64,000 nt of DNA from Mycobacteriales bacterium. Lineage in GTDB: Bacteria > Actinomycetota > Actinomycetes > Mycobacteriales > CAJCIY01. Shown in pieces: positions 54,388-63,250 of this stretch; within the stretch, counting starts at the first letter, position 1; every line of letters begins with the position of its first letter. Position numbers and translations under genes: made by a program. The notes under the pieces are model-generated. The model saw nothing but the letters and a program-made list of their open reading frames with translations. It had not been told where the DNA came from and did not search any database. The stretch spans positions 6,923 to 70,922 of the forward strand of contig DASVGV010000081.1 in assembly GCA_036379355.1 (NCBI GenBank), given 5' to 3'.

Positions 54388-55563
54388 CTACGGCCGCTCG
54401 GGCGGCGGCAGGCCGCCGCGGCGGACCAGCTGCTCGGCGATGACGGTGCGCTGGATCTCGTTGGTGCCCTCGCCGACGATCATGAGCGGCGCATCGCGGA
54501 AGTAGCGCTCCACGTCGAACTCCGTCGAGTAGCCGTAGCCGCCGTGGATGCGGACCGCGTCGACGGCGATGGCCAGGGCGGCCTCCGAGGCGAACAGCTT
54601 GGCCATGCCCGCCTCCAGGTCGCACCGCTCGCCGGCCTCCAGCCGCTCGGCCGCGAGCAGGACCAGCTGCCGAGCGGCAGTCAGGCGGGTGGCCATGTCG
54701 GCGAGGTAGTTGCCGATCGACTGGTGCTGCCAGATCGGCTTCCCGAACGCGGTGCGCTCCTGGGCGTAGCGCAGCGCGTCCTCGAACGCCGCCCGCCCCA
54801 CGCCGACCGCCCGCGCCGCGACCTGGATGCGCCCGGTCTCCAGACCGGTCATCATCTGCGCGAACCCGGCGCCCTCGGCGCCGCCGAGCACCGCGGCGCG
54901 GCCGGCGCGGTAGCCGTCGAAGTGCAGCTCGCAGCTCTCGACCCCCTTGTAGCCGAGCTTGGGCAGGTCGCGGGAGACCGTGAGCCCGTCACCCGGCTCG
55001 ACCAACAGGATGCTCATGCCGCGGTACGGGGGTTCGGCGTCCGGGTCGGTCTTGCACAGCAGCGCGATGAGGCCCGCCCGTCGCGCGTTGGTGATCCAGG
55101 TCTTGGTGCCGTGGACGAGGTAGCCGCTCCCGTCGCCGGTGGGGGTGGCCGTGGTCGTCATCGCCTGCAGGTCCGAGCCGCCGCCGGGCTCGGTCAGCGC
55201 CATGGTCGCCCGCAGCTCGCCGGTCGCCATCCGCGGCAGGTACTGCCGCCGCTGGGCCTCGGTGCCGAACTGCACCAGCAGCCGCGAGACGACGGTGTGG
55301 CCGCCCATGGCGCCGGCGAGGCTCATCCAGCCGCGGGCGAGCTCCTCGGTGACCAGCGCGAAGCACGGCACCGACACCTGCGCCTCCCCGTACGGCTCGG
55401 GGATCGCGAGCCCGAAGATCCCCAGCTGCTTCATCGTCTCGATCAGCGCTTCCGGGTACGTGTTCGCGTGCTCGAGGTCGCGCACGACGGGTCGCACGTC
55501 GCGGTCCACGAACGATCGCACGGTGGCGACGATCGACTGCTCGGTCGCGTCGAGGGGGGTCAT
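54388..55563 (-). CDS. acyl-CoA dehydrogenase
   Basis: 391 aa with 'ALTEPGGGSDL', 'GTKTWITN' and the C-terminal 'GEGTNEIQRTVIAEQL'. ATGA overlap with the upstream gene. Confidence 0.9.
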   Translation of the reverse strand: MTPLDATEQSIVATVRSFVDRDVRPVVRDLEHANTYPEALIETMKQLGIFGLAIPEPYGEAQVSVPCFALVTEELARGWMSLAGAMGGHTVVSRLLVQFGTEAQRRQYLPRMATGELRATMALTEPGGGSDLQAMTTTATPTGDGSGYLVHGTKTWITNARRAGLIALLCKTDPDAEPPYRGMSILLVEPGDGLTVSRDLPKLGYKGVESCELHFDGYRAGRAAVLGGAEGAGFAQMMTGLETGRIQVAARAVGVGRAAFEDALRYAQERTAFGKPIWQHQSIGNYLADMATRLTAARQLVLLAAERLEAGERCDLEAGMAKLFASEAALAIAVDAVRIHGGYGYSTEFDVERYFRDAPLMIVGEGTNEIQRTVIAEQLVRRGGLPPPERP

Positions 55564-56270
55564 ACGGTCGGGGTGAACTCGGCCAGGTTGGCGATGCCCA
55601 GCGTCTCTTCGATCGCGGCGACCCGCGCGACCATGTCGGTGAACGCATCCGGTCCGAACTGCCGCGCGGCCTCGGCCACGAAGGTGTCCGCGAGGGCGCG
55701 GAGCCGGCTCGCGGACAGCAGCTCGCGCAGGGCCGGGAACACGACCGTGTCCTCGCGCGCCTCGTGCGGCTCGTACATGCGGACGAACGCGGTGAGGTCG
55801 CTCGCCAGCTGAACGTTCGCCGCGGCGGTGAGGCTCGCCGCGCTCGTGGTGTCGAGGATGCGGGCGGTCAGCCGGCGGCCGCGGGCATGCTGGACGAGCA
55901 GGGTGTCGACGGTCGTGACGAGCTGCCCGGCCTGCCGGAGCGGGGGGAACACGTATGCCTCCTCCAGCCCCTCGTGGAAGCCCTCGATGTAGTCGTGGAT
56001 CATCGTGGCCCCGTCGTGGACGGCGGCCGTCGGGACCGGCCGCCCTGCGGCCTGTCGTTCGAGGACGTTCCGGTAGGTCAGCAGGATCCGCTTGAGCACG
56101 CCGTGCTCGCGCATCAGGTCCTCGCCCGGCGTCAGCTGCTTGGACGGGCCGGGCCCGCCGATCGCGAGGTTCGCGCCCTCGGTCGCCGCTGCCCCGACGA
56201 GCAGTCCGGACCCGCCGAGCAGGACGCCGCGACGGCTGACCCGCGGTGCCTCGTCGCCGGTGCGGCTCAC
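55560..56270 (-). CDS. hemerythrin-like (HHE cation-binding) domain protein with twin-arginine signal
   Basis: This is the 3' part of ORF 55560..56750 from GTG 56270. The signal is 'VSRRGVLLGGSGLLVGAAA'. His/Glu motifs are 'LMREHGVLKR', 'IEGFHEGLEE', 'LLVQHARG' and 'YEPHEAREDT'. Confidence 0.65.
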   Translation of the reverse strand: MSRTGDEAPRVSRRGVLLGGSGLLVGAAATEGANLAIGGPGPSKQLTPGEDLMREHGVLKRILLTYRNVLERQAAGRPVPTAAVHDGATMIHDYIEGFHEGLEEAYVFPPLRQAGQLVTTVDTLLVQHARGRRLTARILDTTSAASLTAAANVQLASDLTAFVRMYEPHEAREDTVVFPALRELLSASRLRALADTFVAEAARQFGPDAFTDMVARVAAIEETLGIANLAEFTPTV

Positions 56271-56758
56271 GAGGTCGGGAACGGGGGGGCGCCGTGCGGC
56301 ACCACCGGCGTGCCGTCCGGCCGCATCACGTACCAGTAGCCGCCGTTGAGGTCGAGCCCCTGCCCGACCACGTCCCCCGGGTTGATGTCGGCGGCGTACG
56401 TGTAGAGCGGCCAGCGGTTGTAGGTCACGACGGTCGACCCGTCGGGCGACTTGTCGGCGCCGAGGAGGGCGGCCTGCACACCGGGGCCGGCGTCCGCGGT
56501 CTTCCCGGCCGCGGTCTTCAGCGGCGGCCAGGTTCCGGCGCACGCGCCGGTGCACGTCACGCCGCGCTGCGCGTCGGGCACGAACATGTACAGGGTGTAG
56601 CCCTGGGCGTTGACCAGGATGGTTCCGAGCCCGCCGATCGTGGCCGTCCTGACGGTGGGCGGGGTCACCGGCTTCGACCCGCAGGCAGCGAGCAGGGTGA
56701 CGCACGCGGCAAGCAGGACGAGTGCTCGCAGCAGGGGCTTTCCGGTCCACCGCGCCAT
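56267..56758 (-). CDS. secreted-repeat lipoprotein (PF03640/COG4315-like)
   Basis: 163 aa with a lipobox 'LLAAC'. The repeat motifs are 'GYTLYMFVPD...CTGACAGTWPP' and 'RWPLYTYAAD'. GTGA overlap with the downstream gene. Confidence 0.78.
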   Translation of the reverse strand: MARWTGKPLLRALVLLAACVTLLAACGSKPVTPPTVRTATIGGLGTILVNAQGYTLYMFVPDAQRGVTCTGACAGTWPPLKTAAGKTADAGPGVQAALLGADKSPDGSTVVTYNRWPLYTYAADINPGDVVGQGLDLNGGYWYVMRPDGTPVVPHGAPPFPTS

Positions 56759-56874
56759 GACGGCGACGCTACCTGGCGGCGCGGCGGCGGGCGCGTTGCG
56801 CGGCGCCCGGAAGGGGGGTATGCAGGTGTGCGGTGCAGCGGCCGGGGTATCGACGCCGAGAGTCGGGGGTCGCC

Positions 56875-57111
56875 ATGAACCGCATTCCCTTCCGCCTCCA
56901 CGGAGGCGTCGTCACCGCCACCTTCCTCGTCACCTCACCGGCGCACACCCGGGTGCGTGCCGACCTCTACTGCTGCGGCGCGGACTTCCGAGACCTGCGG
57001 GTCGCCATGTTCGACTGGAAGTTCGTGGTGCGGACGAACGCCCGCGCGTGGCAGCGCTTCCGCCGGGTGTGCCGCGAGCAGCTGCTCCAGCTGGAGGTCG
57101 CCCCGATCTGA
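56875..57111 (+). CDS. hypothetical small basic protein (78 aa, 3 Cys)
   Basis: ATG 56875 lies inside ORF 56833..57111 and is preceded by GGGGG. Strong third-position GC bias supports coding ('MNRIPFRLHGGVVTATFLV...DLYCCGADF...FRRVCREQLL'). It ends 16 nt before the next gene. I recognise no family. Confidence 0.5.
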   Translation: MNRIPFRLHGGVVTATFLVTSPAHTRVRADLYCCGADFRDLRVAMFDWKFVVRTNARAWQRFRRVCREQLLQLEVAPI

Positions 57112-57127
57112 CGGTCAGGATGTGCCG

Positions 57128-57745
57128 GTGACCGTCGTCAGCGACGAGACGTTCGACGGGGACGACCGCGAGGGCGAGCACCTGGCCGGTGCGCGCTACG
57201 AGCGCTGCACCTTCCGGGGCGTCGACCTGACCGACGCGGCGGTGCAGGGCTGCGCGTTCGAGGCGTGCACCTTCCGGGACGTGCGCCTGGTCGGCAGCAC
57301 GCACACGGACACGGCATTCACGGGCTGCACGTTCACCGGCTGCTCGCTGCTCGGCGCGCACCTCACGGACTGCACGCTGACCGGCAGCCGACTGGTCGAC
57401 TGCGCCGTGCGCCGCCTGCACGTGGCCCGCGGCAACTGGGCCCTCGTCACCGTGACCGGCCGGACGCCGGGCAGCGGCGGCGACCTGCGCGACGCCGTCC
57501 TGACCGGCGTACGCCTGCGCGAGGCGGACCTGCGCCGCGTCGACCTGCGCGGCGCCACCGTCCGCGACTGCGACCTGTCCGCCGCGCTGCTCGCGGGCGC
57601 CGACCTGCGCGGCGCCGACCTGCGCGGCAGCGACCTCGGCGGGGCCGACCTGCGGGAGGCACAGCTCGGGGGAGCGACGGTGACGCCGCTCCAGGCGGTG
57701 GCTCTCGTGGAGTCCTGGGGTCTCGTCGTCGACGACCGGCCGTGA
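57128..57745 (+). CDS. pentapeptide-repeat protein (MfpA/Qnr-like)
   Basis: This is the 3' part of ORF 56957..57745. GTG 57128 lies 7 nt after AGGA; 57122 is an alternative. There are tandem A(D/N)LXX units, for example 'ADLRRVDLRGATVRDCDLSAALLAGADLRGADLRGSDLGGADLREAQL'. Confidence 0.85.
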   Translation: MTVVSDETFDGDDREGEHLAGARYERCTFRGVDLTDAAVQGCAFEACTFRDVRLVGSTHTDTAFTGCTFTGCSLLGAHLTDCTLTGSRLVDCAVRRLHVARGNWALVTVTGRTPGSGGDLRDAVLTGVRLREADLRRVDLRGATVRDCDLSAALLAGADLRGADLRGSDLGGADLREAQLGGATVTPLQAVALVESWGLVVDDRP

Positions 57746-57770
57746 CCGACCGGTACGGCGGCTGCCGGCG

Positions 57771-59276
57771 TCAGTGCGCGGCGGCGATGAGGTCGGGAGC
57801 CTCCGGGGCCGCGGCAGCGACGAGGTCGTACTCGCGCTTGGACCGGACCAGCGTGCCGACGACGATCGCGCCCCCGAAGAAGATCAGGGCCGCCACGACA
57901 AAGATCACGTGGTACGCGTGGACCGCGGCGGCCGCCTGCACGAGCGGGGTGACCGGGTGGTGCGAGGTGAGGTAGCCGCGCATCGCCGTGCCCACGATCG
58001 TCGACAGCAGTGCCGTGCCGATCGATCCGCTCACCTGCTGCATCGTGTTGACCATCGCCGACGCGACGCCGGCGTCCTGCGGCCGCACGCCGAGGATCGC
58101 CGAGTTGAACGCCGGGGCGAAGATGAGCCCGAAGCCGAGCCCGAGGATGACCAGCGTGGGCAAGATGTCGACCGTGTACGTGCTGCGGATGGGGAGGCGG
58201 ACCAGCAGCAGCATCCCGACGCCGCCCAGGATCATGCCGAGGAACATGAGCAGGCGCGGGCCGAACCGTGACAGCAGGAAGATGTTCGACGTCGTCGACG
58301 ACACCATGATCAGGGCTGTGAGCGGCAGGAACGCGATCCCGTTCTTGAGCGGTGAGTAGCCCGCGACGATCTGCAGGTAGAGCGTCAGGAACAGGAACAC
58401 GCCGAACACCGCGATGCCGGCGATGGCGACCGCGAGGTACGAGCCGCCGCGGGTGCGGTCCCAGACCACCCGCAGGGGCAGCAGCGGGTGGGCGACCCGG
58501 CGCTGCACGAGCACGAACGCCACGAGCAGCACCGCCCCGAGGGCGAGTGAGACGAGGGTCCCCGAGTCGGCCCAGCCGTCGGTGTCCGCGTGGGCGAAGC
58601 CGAACACGATCCCGAACAGACCGCCGGAGGCGAGCAGTGTGCCCGGGATGTCGAGCGTGCCCTGGTGCGGCTCGCGGTCGTGCAGGTAGAACCCGGCCCC
58701 GACGATCGCGAGCGCCGCGAACAGCAGGTTCACGAACAGGCACCAGCGCCAGTCGAGGTACGTCGTCAGCAGACCGCCGAGGACGAGGCCGAGCGCACCC
58801 CCGCCGCCGGCGACCGCGCCGAACACGCCGAAGGCCTTGTTGCGCTCGCTCGGGTCGGTGAACGTCACCGCCAGCACCGAGAGCGCGGCCGGCGCCAGCA
58901 GCGCACCGAACCCGCCCTGGAAGGCGCGAGCCGCCACGAGCATCCCGAACGAGGTCGCCGCGCCGCCGACGGCCGAGGCCACGGCGAACCCCACGAGACC
59001 GATGACGAAGCAGCGCTTGCGGCCGAACAGGTCCCCGATGCGGCCGCCGAGCAGCAGCAGGCTGCCGAACGTCAGCGCGTACGCGGTGATGATCCACTGG
59101 AAGTCCGCCTGCCCGAAGTGCAGGTCCTTCTGGGCGTCCGGCAGCGCGATGTTCACGATCGTCGCGTCGAGAACGACCATCAGCTGGGCGATGGCCACGG
59201 TCGCCAGCAGCAGCCAGCGGTGGTCGTCGCGGCCGGGAGAGGCGGTCTGGCCGCGCGGGGCGGGGCTGGTGGTCAT
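57771..59276 (-). CDS. MFS transporter, DHA2 (EmrB/QacA, 14-TMS) drug:H+ antiporter family
   Basis: I trimmed the start to ATG 59276 ('MTTSPAP...'). Motifs are 'MVVLDATIVNIALP', 'LGGRIGDLFGRKR' and 'WRWCLFVN'. Confidence 0.88.
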   Translation of the reverse strand: MTTSPAPRGQTASPGRDDHRWLLLATVAIAQLMVVLDATIVNIALPDAQKDLHFGQADFQWIITAYALTFGSLLLLGGRIGDLFGRKRCFVIGLVGFAVASAVGGAATSFGMLVAARAFQGGFGALLAPAALSVLAVTFTDPSERNKAFGVFGAVAGGGGALGLVLGGLLTTYLDWRWCLFVNLLFAALAIVGAGFYLHDREPHQGTLDIPGTLLASGGLFGIVFGFAHADTDGWADSGTLVSLALGAVLLVAFVLVQRRVAHPLLPLRVVWDRTRGGSYLAVAIAGIAVFGVFLFLTLYLQIVAGYSPLKNGIAFLPLTALIMVSSTTSNIFLLSRFGPRLLMFLGMILGGVGMLLLVRLPIRSTYTVDILPTLVILGLGFGLIFAPAFNSAILGVRPQDAGVASAMVNTMQQVSGSIGTALLSTIVGTAMRGYLTSHHPVTPLVQAAAAVHAYHVIFVVAALIFFGGAIVVGTLVRSKREYDLVAAAAPEAPDLIAAAH

Positions 59277-59728
59277 GCGTTTCCCCTCATCGTGTGGGAC
59301 TCGACGCCGTCGGCGAGACGGGCGAGAAGCCGGCGCAGCTGCTGGATGTCCGCGGTGGTCCAGTCGGCGAACAGCTCGGCGAAGTGGGCGTCGCGGTGCG
59401 CGAACGCCTCGTCGACGAGCGGCTCGGCCTCGGCCCGGAGCGCGAGGACGGTGGCGCGGCCGTCGGCCGGGTCGGCCCGCCGTTCCACCAGCCCGTCGTG
59501 CACCAGCTCCGCGACCTGCCGGCTGACGGTCGAGGCGTCGGAGTGCACGGCCTCGGCGAGGGCGCCCGTCCGCATCGGGCCCTGACGGCGCAGCGGCATG
59601 AGCAGCATCAGCCGCGTCGCCTCGTCGTCGCCGAGCACCTGGGCCTTGGCGCGCGAGACGCACCGCGTGAGCCGCAGCAGATCGTCGGCGACGGCAGCGA
59701 TGTCGCGCGTGCGCACAGAGAGCTCCAT
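59273..59728 (-). CDS. MarR-family transcriptional regulator
   Basis: 151 aa with a winged HTH 'MRTGALAEAVHSDASTVSRQVAELVHDGLVERRADPADGR'. ATGA overlap with the pump gene. Confidence 0.88.
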   Translation of the reverse strand: MELSVRTRDIAAVADDLLRLTRCVSRAKAQVLGDDEATRLMLLMPLRRQGPMRTGALAEAVHSDASTVSRQVAELVHDGLVERRADPADGRATVLALRAEAEPLVDEAFAHRDAHFAELFADWTTADIQQLRRLLARLADGVESHTMRGNA

Positions 59729-59830
59729 TACGTGTATGGATCAACTACTTGTACGAGTCAACCATCCGGTCGGCGGACCGTCCACCGGAAATCGTGTGAC
59801 CTCGGTCGCGCTCGCTCGTTGGACCGCTTT

Positions 59831-62242
59831 GTGCCGTCCCTGCGCCGCTCGTGCCCAGCCCTGACCCTCCCCGTCCTCGCGGCGGCCCTGCTCACCGCCG
59901 CTGCCCTGGCCGTGCCGGTCTCCTCCCGCGCGGCGGTCGCCGCCCAGCGCCCACTGCCGGTGAGTGCGCCCCCCGCCGGTATGCCGTCCGGCGCCCCGCC
60001 CGCGGCCACCGCGGCGGAGCCCGCGCTCCCCGCTCCGCCGGCCTCCGTCTGGCCGTTCGGCGAGACGTGGTCGCGCACCGAGGGCAGCGGGGACGAGGCC
60101 CGTGGCGCCGACTTCTGGACCGACTTCGTCTACGACGACCACGGTGCCGGGTTCTTCGGCCTGCCGATCGGCCAGGACTCCTCGATCAGCGACCTGGCCC
60201 CGACGCAGGGCGTCTACAGCTACCCGACGGCCGCGGCCCACGACAACGGGGCCGACATCTTCCGTACGGCGGTCGGCATCGACAGCCGGGCGACGTACTG
60301 GCGGGTCGACTGGAACACGCTCGCCGACCCGTCCGTCCCCGCCGCCGAGTGGGTCTGGGACGACGGCACCGGTTCGGCGACGGAGCCCTGGCCGGCGAAC
60401 GCCGGCGTGTCCAGCACCGGCGTCGCGCACGCCCTGTTCGTCTCCAGCCGCGGGGCGTGGCTGATCGATCCGGCGACCGGGGCGCGTACGGACGTGTCGG
60501 CGGGACTCACGGTGGACGCGAGCAGCAGGTCGTTCGTGGTCCGCATCCCGCGCGCCACGCTTCCGGTCTCCGGCAGCATCCGGCTCCGGATGGGCGCCGG
60601 CATCGCGAACGCGGACGGCACCGCGTTCGCCGCGCCGACCAAGCCGGTGCCCTCCGAGGCGGTGCTGAGCGCGCTGGGCCCGGCCGGCGCGCCGACGTTC
60701 ACGGACAACCTCATGAACGTCACCTACCGCTCGTACGCGCAGGAGCCGCCGGTCTACACCGGCACGGCGGTGAGCGACCGGGTGCTCGCCGCGCTCGACA
60801 CGGTCCTGACCACCGGCGTCCTGGACCAGCTCGGCGCGGACGGGGGGACGCGGATCGTCCAGGGCAACTTCTGGGACGAGGACCACCAGGCGGACGCCCT
60901 CGCCAGCGGCGACGTGTCCGCCTTCGCGCACACGATCACCTGGTCGCACCTGCTGGCACACGACTCGGTGCCGGCACCCACCCCGACCGGCTACTCGAAC
61001 CGCTGGTACGTGAGCCCGCTCGACCTCGGTCAGGGCGTCGTCCCCAACGCCAGCGGGTCGCCCTCGGACGCCGCCGGCGACCTGCGGCCGAACTACCTCG
61101 GGCGCGTCCAGCCGTACGCCGTGTACGTCCCGTCCGGCTACACCGGGCGGGCGCCGACGAAGCTCACCTTCGTCCTGCACTCGCTCGGCGTGAACCTCAA
61201 CCAGTACGGCGCGCTGAACCCGCAACTGCTCCAGGAACTGTGCCAGGACCGCGACTCGATCTGCGCCACGACCGAGGGGTTCGGCCCGGACGGCTGGTAC
61301 TTCGACGAGGCCGAGGCCGACTACTGGCACGTCTGGCACGCGCTGGCCACGTCGTACCGCCTCGACCCGAACCGGACGGTCGTCGGCGGCTACTCGATGG
61401 GCGGCTGGGCGGCGTACAAGCTGGGGCTCGAGCACCCCGACCTGTACGCGCAGGCGTTCGCGCTGGAGGGCCCACCGACGTGCGGTGTCGAGGTCGCCGG
61501 GCCGGTGCGCGAGTCCGCCGGGAGCGGCCACTGCGACGCCGACGGGCTGTCCCAGCCGCTCCTGGCCAGCGCCCGCTGGCTGCCGTACTCGTTCACCCAG
61601 GGCGTGGCCGACGAGCTCGTACCCGTCACCTCGGGACTTCAGCAGTACCAGGCGTTCAACGCGTTGGGCTACCGCTACCACTTCTTCCTCTACCCGACCG
61701 AGGACCACCTGGTGTACGCGACGCAGGACCGGTTCGCGGACGTGGTGGCCAGCATCGGAACCGGCACGCGCACGCTCGACCCCGGGCACGTGACGCTGGA
61801 CTGGTACCCGGACCTCACCGTCCCGAGCCTCGGCATCGGGGCCACCACGGCGTACTGGGTCTCGGGGCTGGCCGCGCGGTCGACCACTCCGGGCGAGGTC
61901 GCCACCGTCGACGCCACGTCCGCGGGCATCCCGGACCCGGCGGTCACGGTGCACCGCTCCGGACCCACACCGGTGACGGCGCCGACGCCCGGGACCCGCT
62001 TCGACCTGGCGTGGACCGCGGGCTCGCGGCCGGCGGCACGCGACGCCCTGGCCCTGTTGCTGACCGACGTGGCCGACCTGACCGTCGACGCGCACCGCGC
62101 CGGGCTCTCGTGCCCGGCCGTCACGGTCACGACGGACGGTCCGACCGTGCTGCACCTGACCGGCCTGCGGGACGGGGACCGGACCCTCGAGGTGAGCGCG
62201 GGCACCCACACGTTCGACGCCTGCACCAGCGGGCGCCGCTGA
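59831..62242 (+). CDS. large secreted two-module protein: unknown ~400-aa N-terminal module + alpha/beta-hydrolase module
   Basis: This is the 3' part of ORF 59294..62242 from GTG 59831. The signal is 'PSLRRSCPALTLPVLAAALLTAAALAVPVSSRA'. The hydrolase part has 'YAVYVPSGY...LTFVLHSLG' and the nucleophile elbow 'GGYSMGGWAA'. Confidence 0.7.
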   Translation: MPSLRRSCPALTLPVLAAALLTAAALAVPVSSRAAVAAQRPLPVSAPPAGMPSGAPPAATAAEPALPAPPASVWPFGETWSRTEGSGDEARGADFWTDFVYDDHGAGFFGLPIGQDSSISDLAPTQGVYSYPTAAAHDNGADIFRTAVGIDSRATYWRVDWNTLADPSVPAAEWVWDDGTGSATEPWPANAGVSSTGVAHALFVSSRGAWLIDPATGARTDVSAGLTVDASSRSFVVRIPRATLPVSGSIRLRMGAGIANADGTAFAAPTKPVPSEAVLSALGPAGAPTFTDNLMNVTYRSYAQEPPVYTGTAVSDRVLAALDTVLTTGVLDQLGADGGTRIVQGNFWDEDHQADALASGDVSAFAHTITWSHLLAHDSVPAPTPTGYSNRWYVSPLDLGQGVVPNASGSPSDAAGDLRPNYLGRVQPYAVYVPSGYTGRAPTKLTFVLHSLGVNLNQYGALNPQLLQELCQDRDSICATTEGFGPDGWYFDEAEADYWHVWHALATSYRLDPNRTVVGGYSMGGWAAYKLGLEHPDLYAQAFALEGPPTCGVEVAGPVRESAGSGHCDADGLSQPLLASARWLPYSFTQGVADELVPVTSGLQQYQAFNALGYRYHFFLYPTEDHLVYATQDRFADVVASIGTGTRTLDPGHVTLDWYPDLTVPSLGIGATTAYWVSGLAARSTTPGEVATVDATSAGIPDPAVTVHRSGPTPVTAPTPGTRFDLAWTAGSRPAARDALALLLTDVADLTVDAHRAGLSCPAVTVTTDGPTVLHLTGLRDGDRTLEVSAGTHTFDACTSGRR

Positions 62243-62309
62243 CCGCGCGTCGGCCGCGACCGGCCGACGTACGCTGACCGGGCCCGATCACCCGGCGGAC
62301 GGAGCGGCC

Positions 62310-62828
62310 ATGGGCCTGACCCGACTGAACCATGCCGTGCTCTACGTCCGTGACGTCGAGCTCAGTGCCGGCTTCTACCGCGACGTGCTCGGTTTCCGTA
62401 CCGTCCAGGCTCTTCCGGGCGCCGCGTTCCTGCGCGCCCCGGACTCCACCAACGACCACGACCTCGGGCTGTTCGCGATCGGTCCGGCGGCGCCGTCCGA
62501 GGCCGGCCGAGGACGGGTGGGCCTCTACCACCTGGCCTGGGAGGTGGACACGCTGGCCACGCTCGCGAGCCTGGCCGACCGGCTGGCGGACGCCGGAGCG
62601 CTCGTCGGTGCCAGCGACCACGTCACCACCAAGTCGCTGTACGCCCACGACCCCGACGGGCTCGAGTTCGAGGTGTGCTGGATCGTCCCCGCCGACCGGC
62701 TCGGCGAGCTGCCGCCCGCGGCCGACCGGCCCCCGGCGCCGCTGCCCCTCGACCTGCCGGGGGAGATCGCGCGCTACGGAGCGGAGACCCGAGGCGGCGT
62801 GGGCGTGTCGGTGCCAGCGGCGATCTGA
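62310..62828 (+). CDS. VOC family protein (glyoxalase/extradiol dioxygenase-like)
   Basis: 172 aa with 'LNHAVLYVRDVELSAGFYRDVLGF', 'HLAWEV' and 'SLYAHDPDGLEFEV'. Confidence 0.85.
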   Translation: MGLTRLNHAVLYVRDVELSAGFYRDVLGFRTVQALPGAAFLRAPDSTNDHDLGLFAIGPAAPSEAGRGRVGLYHLAWEVDTLATLASLADRLADAGALVGASDHVTTKSLYAHDPDGLEFEVCWIVPADRLGELPPAADRPPAPLPLDLPGEIARYGAETRGGVGVSVPAAI

Positions 62829-62893
62829 GCGGGCCCCCGCGGCATCGCACTCCGGACGTGCGCCGCCCCCGATGATGCGGCTACCGTCAGGAC

Positions 62894-63250
62894 GTGCTCG
62901 CGCTGCTGGGAACGCGCCGCTGGATCGGCGGGCTGCTGTTCGCGCTCGCCTTCGCGGTGGTCTGCTCCCTGCTCGGCCGGTGGCAGTGGGACGAGAGCCA
63001 GGCACCGCACGGCGACCTGCAGAACCTGGCGTACGCCTTCAACTGGTGGCTCTTCGCCGCCGTCGGCCTCGGCATCTACGGCAAGGCGCTGCGCGACGAG
63101 GCCCGCCGGGTAGCGGACCCGTCCGCCCGTCCCGTCGGCCTCGCCGGCGTGCCGCTCACCGAGCGTGCGCCGATCGAGGAGACGCAGGACGACGAGGTCG
63201 ACGCGTGGAACGCGTGGCTCGCGGAGCTGAACACGAAGGCACGGCAGTGA
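62894..63250 (+). CDS. hypothetical small membrane protein (2 TM)
   Basis: 118 aa with 'WIGGLLFALAFAVVCSLLGRWQW' and 'FNWWLFAAVGLGIYG'. GTGA overlap with the next gene. Confidence 0.6.
   Translation: MLALLGTRRWIGGLLFALAFAVVCSLLGRWQWDESQAPHGDLQNLAYAFNWWLFAAVGLGIYGKALRDEARRVADPSARPVGLAGVPLTERAPIEETQDDEVDAWNAWLAELNTKARQ

Noticed and set aside
56815-56850. GGGGTAT direct repeat (56815 and 56844) upstream of the 78-aa ORF.
   Set aside because: It is a 7-nt G-rich repeat with a non-helical 29-nt spacing, and I judged it insufficient.
57440-57700. DNA-level tandem-like repeats (GACCTGCGCGGCGCC...) that could be mistaken for a repeat array.
   Set aside because: They are the nucleotide image of the A(D/N)LXX pentapeptide repeats within a well-supported CDS.
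59729-59830. MarR operator in the AT-richer divergent region (GGATCAAC...CAACCATCC, TACGTGTA, GTAC).
   Set aside because: There are only 3-4-bp symmetric arms mixed with direct CAAC repeats. No convincing palindrome could be defined by eye.
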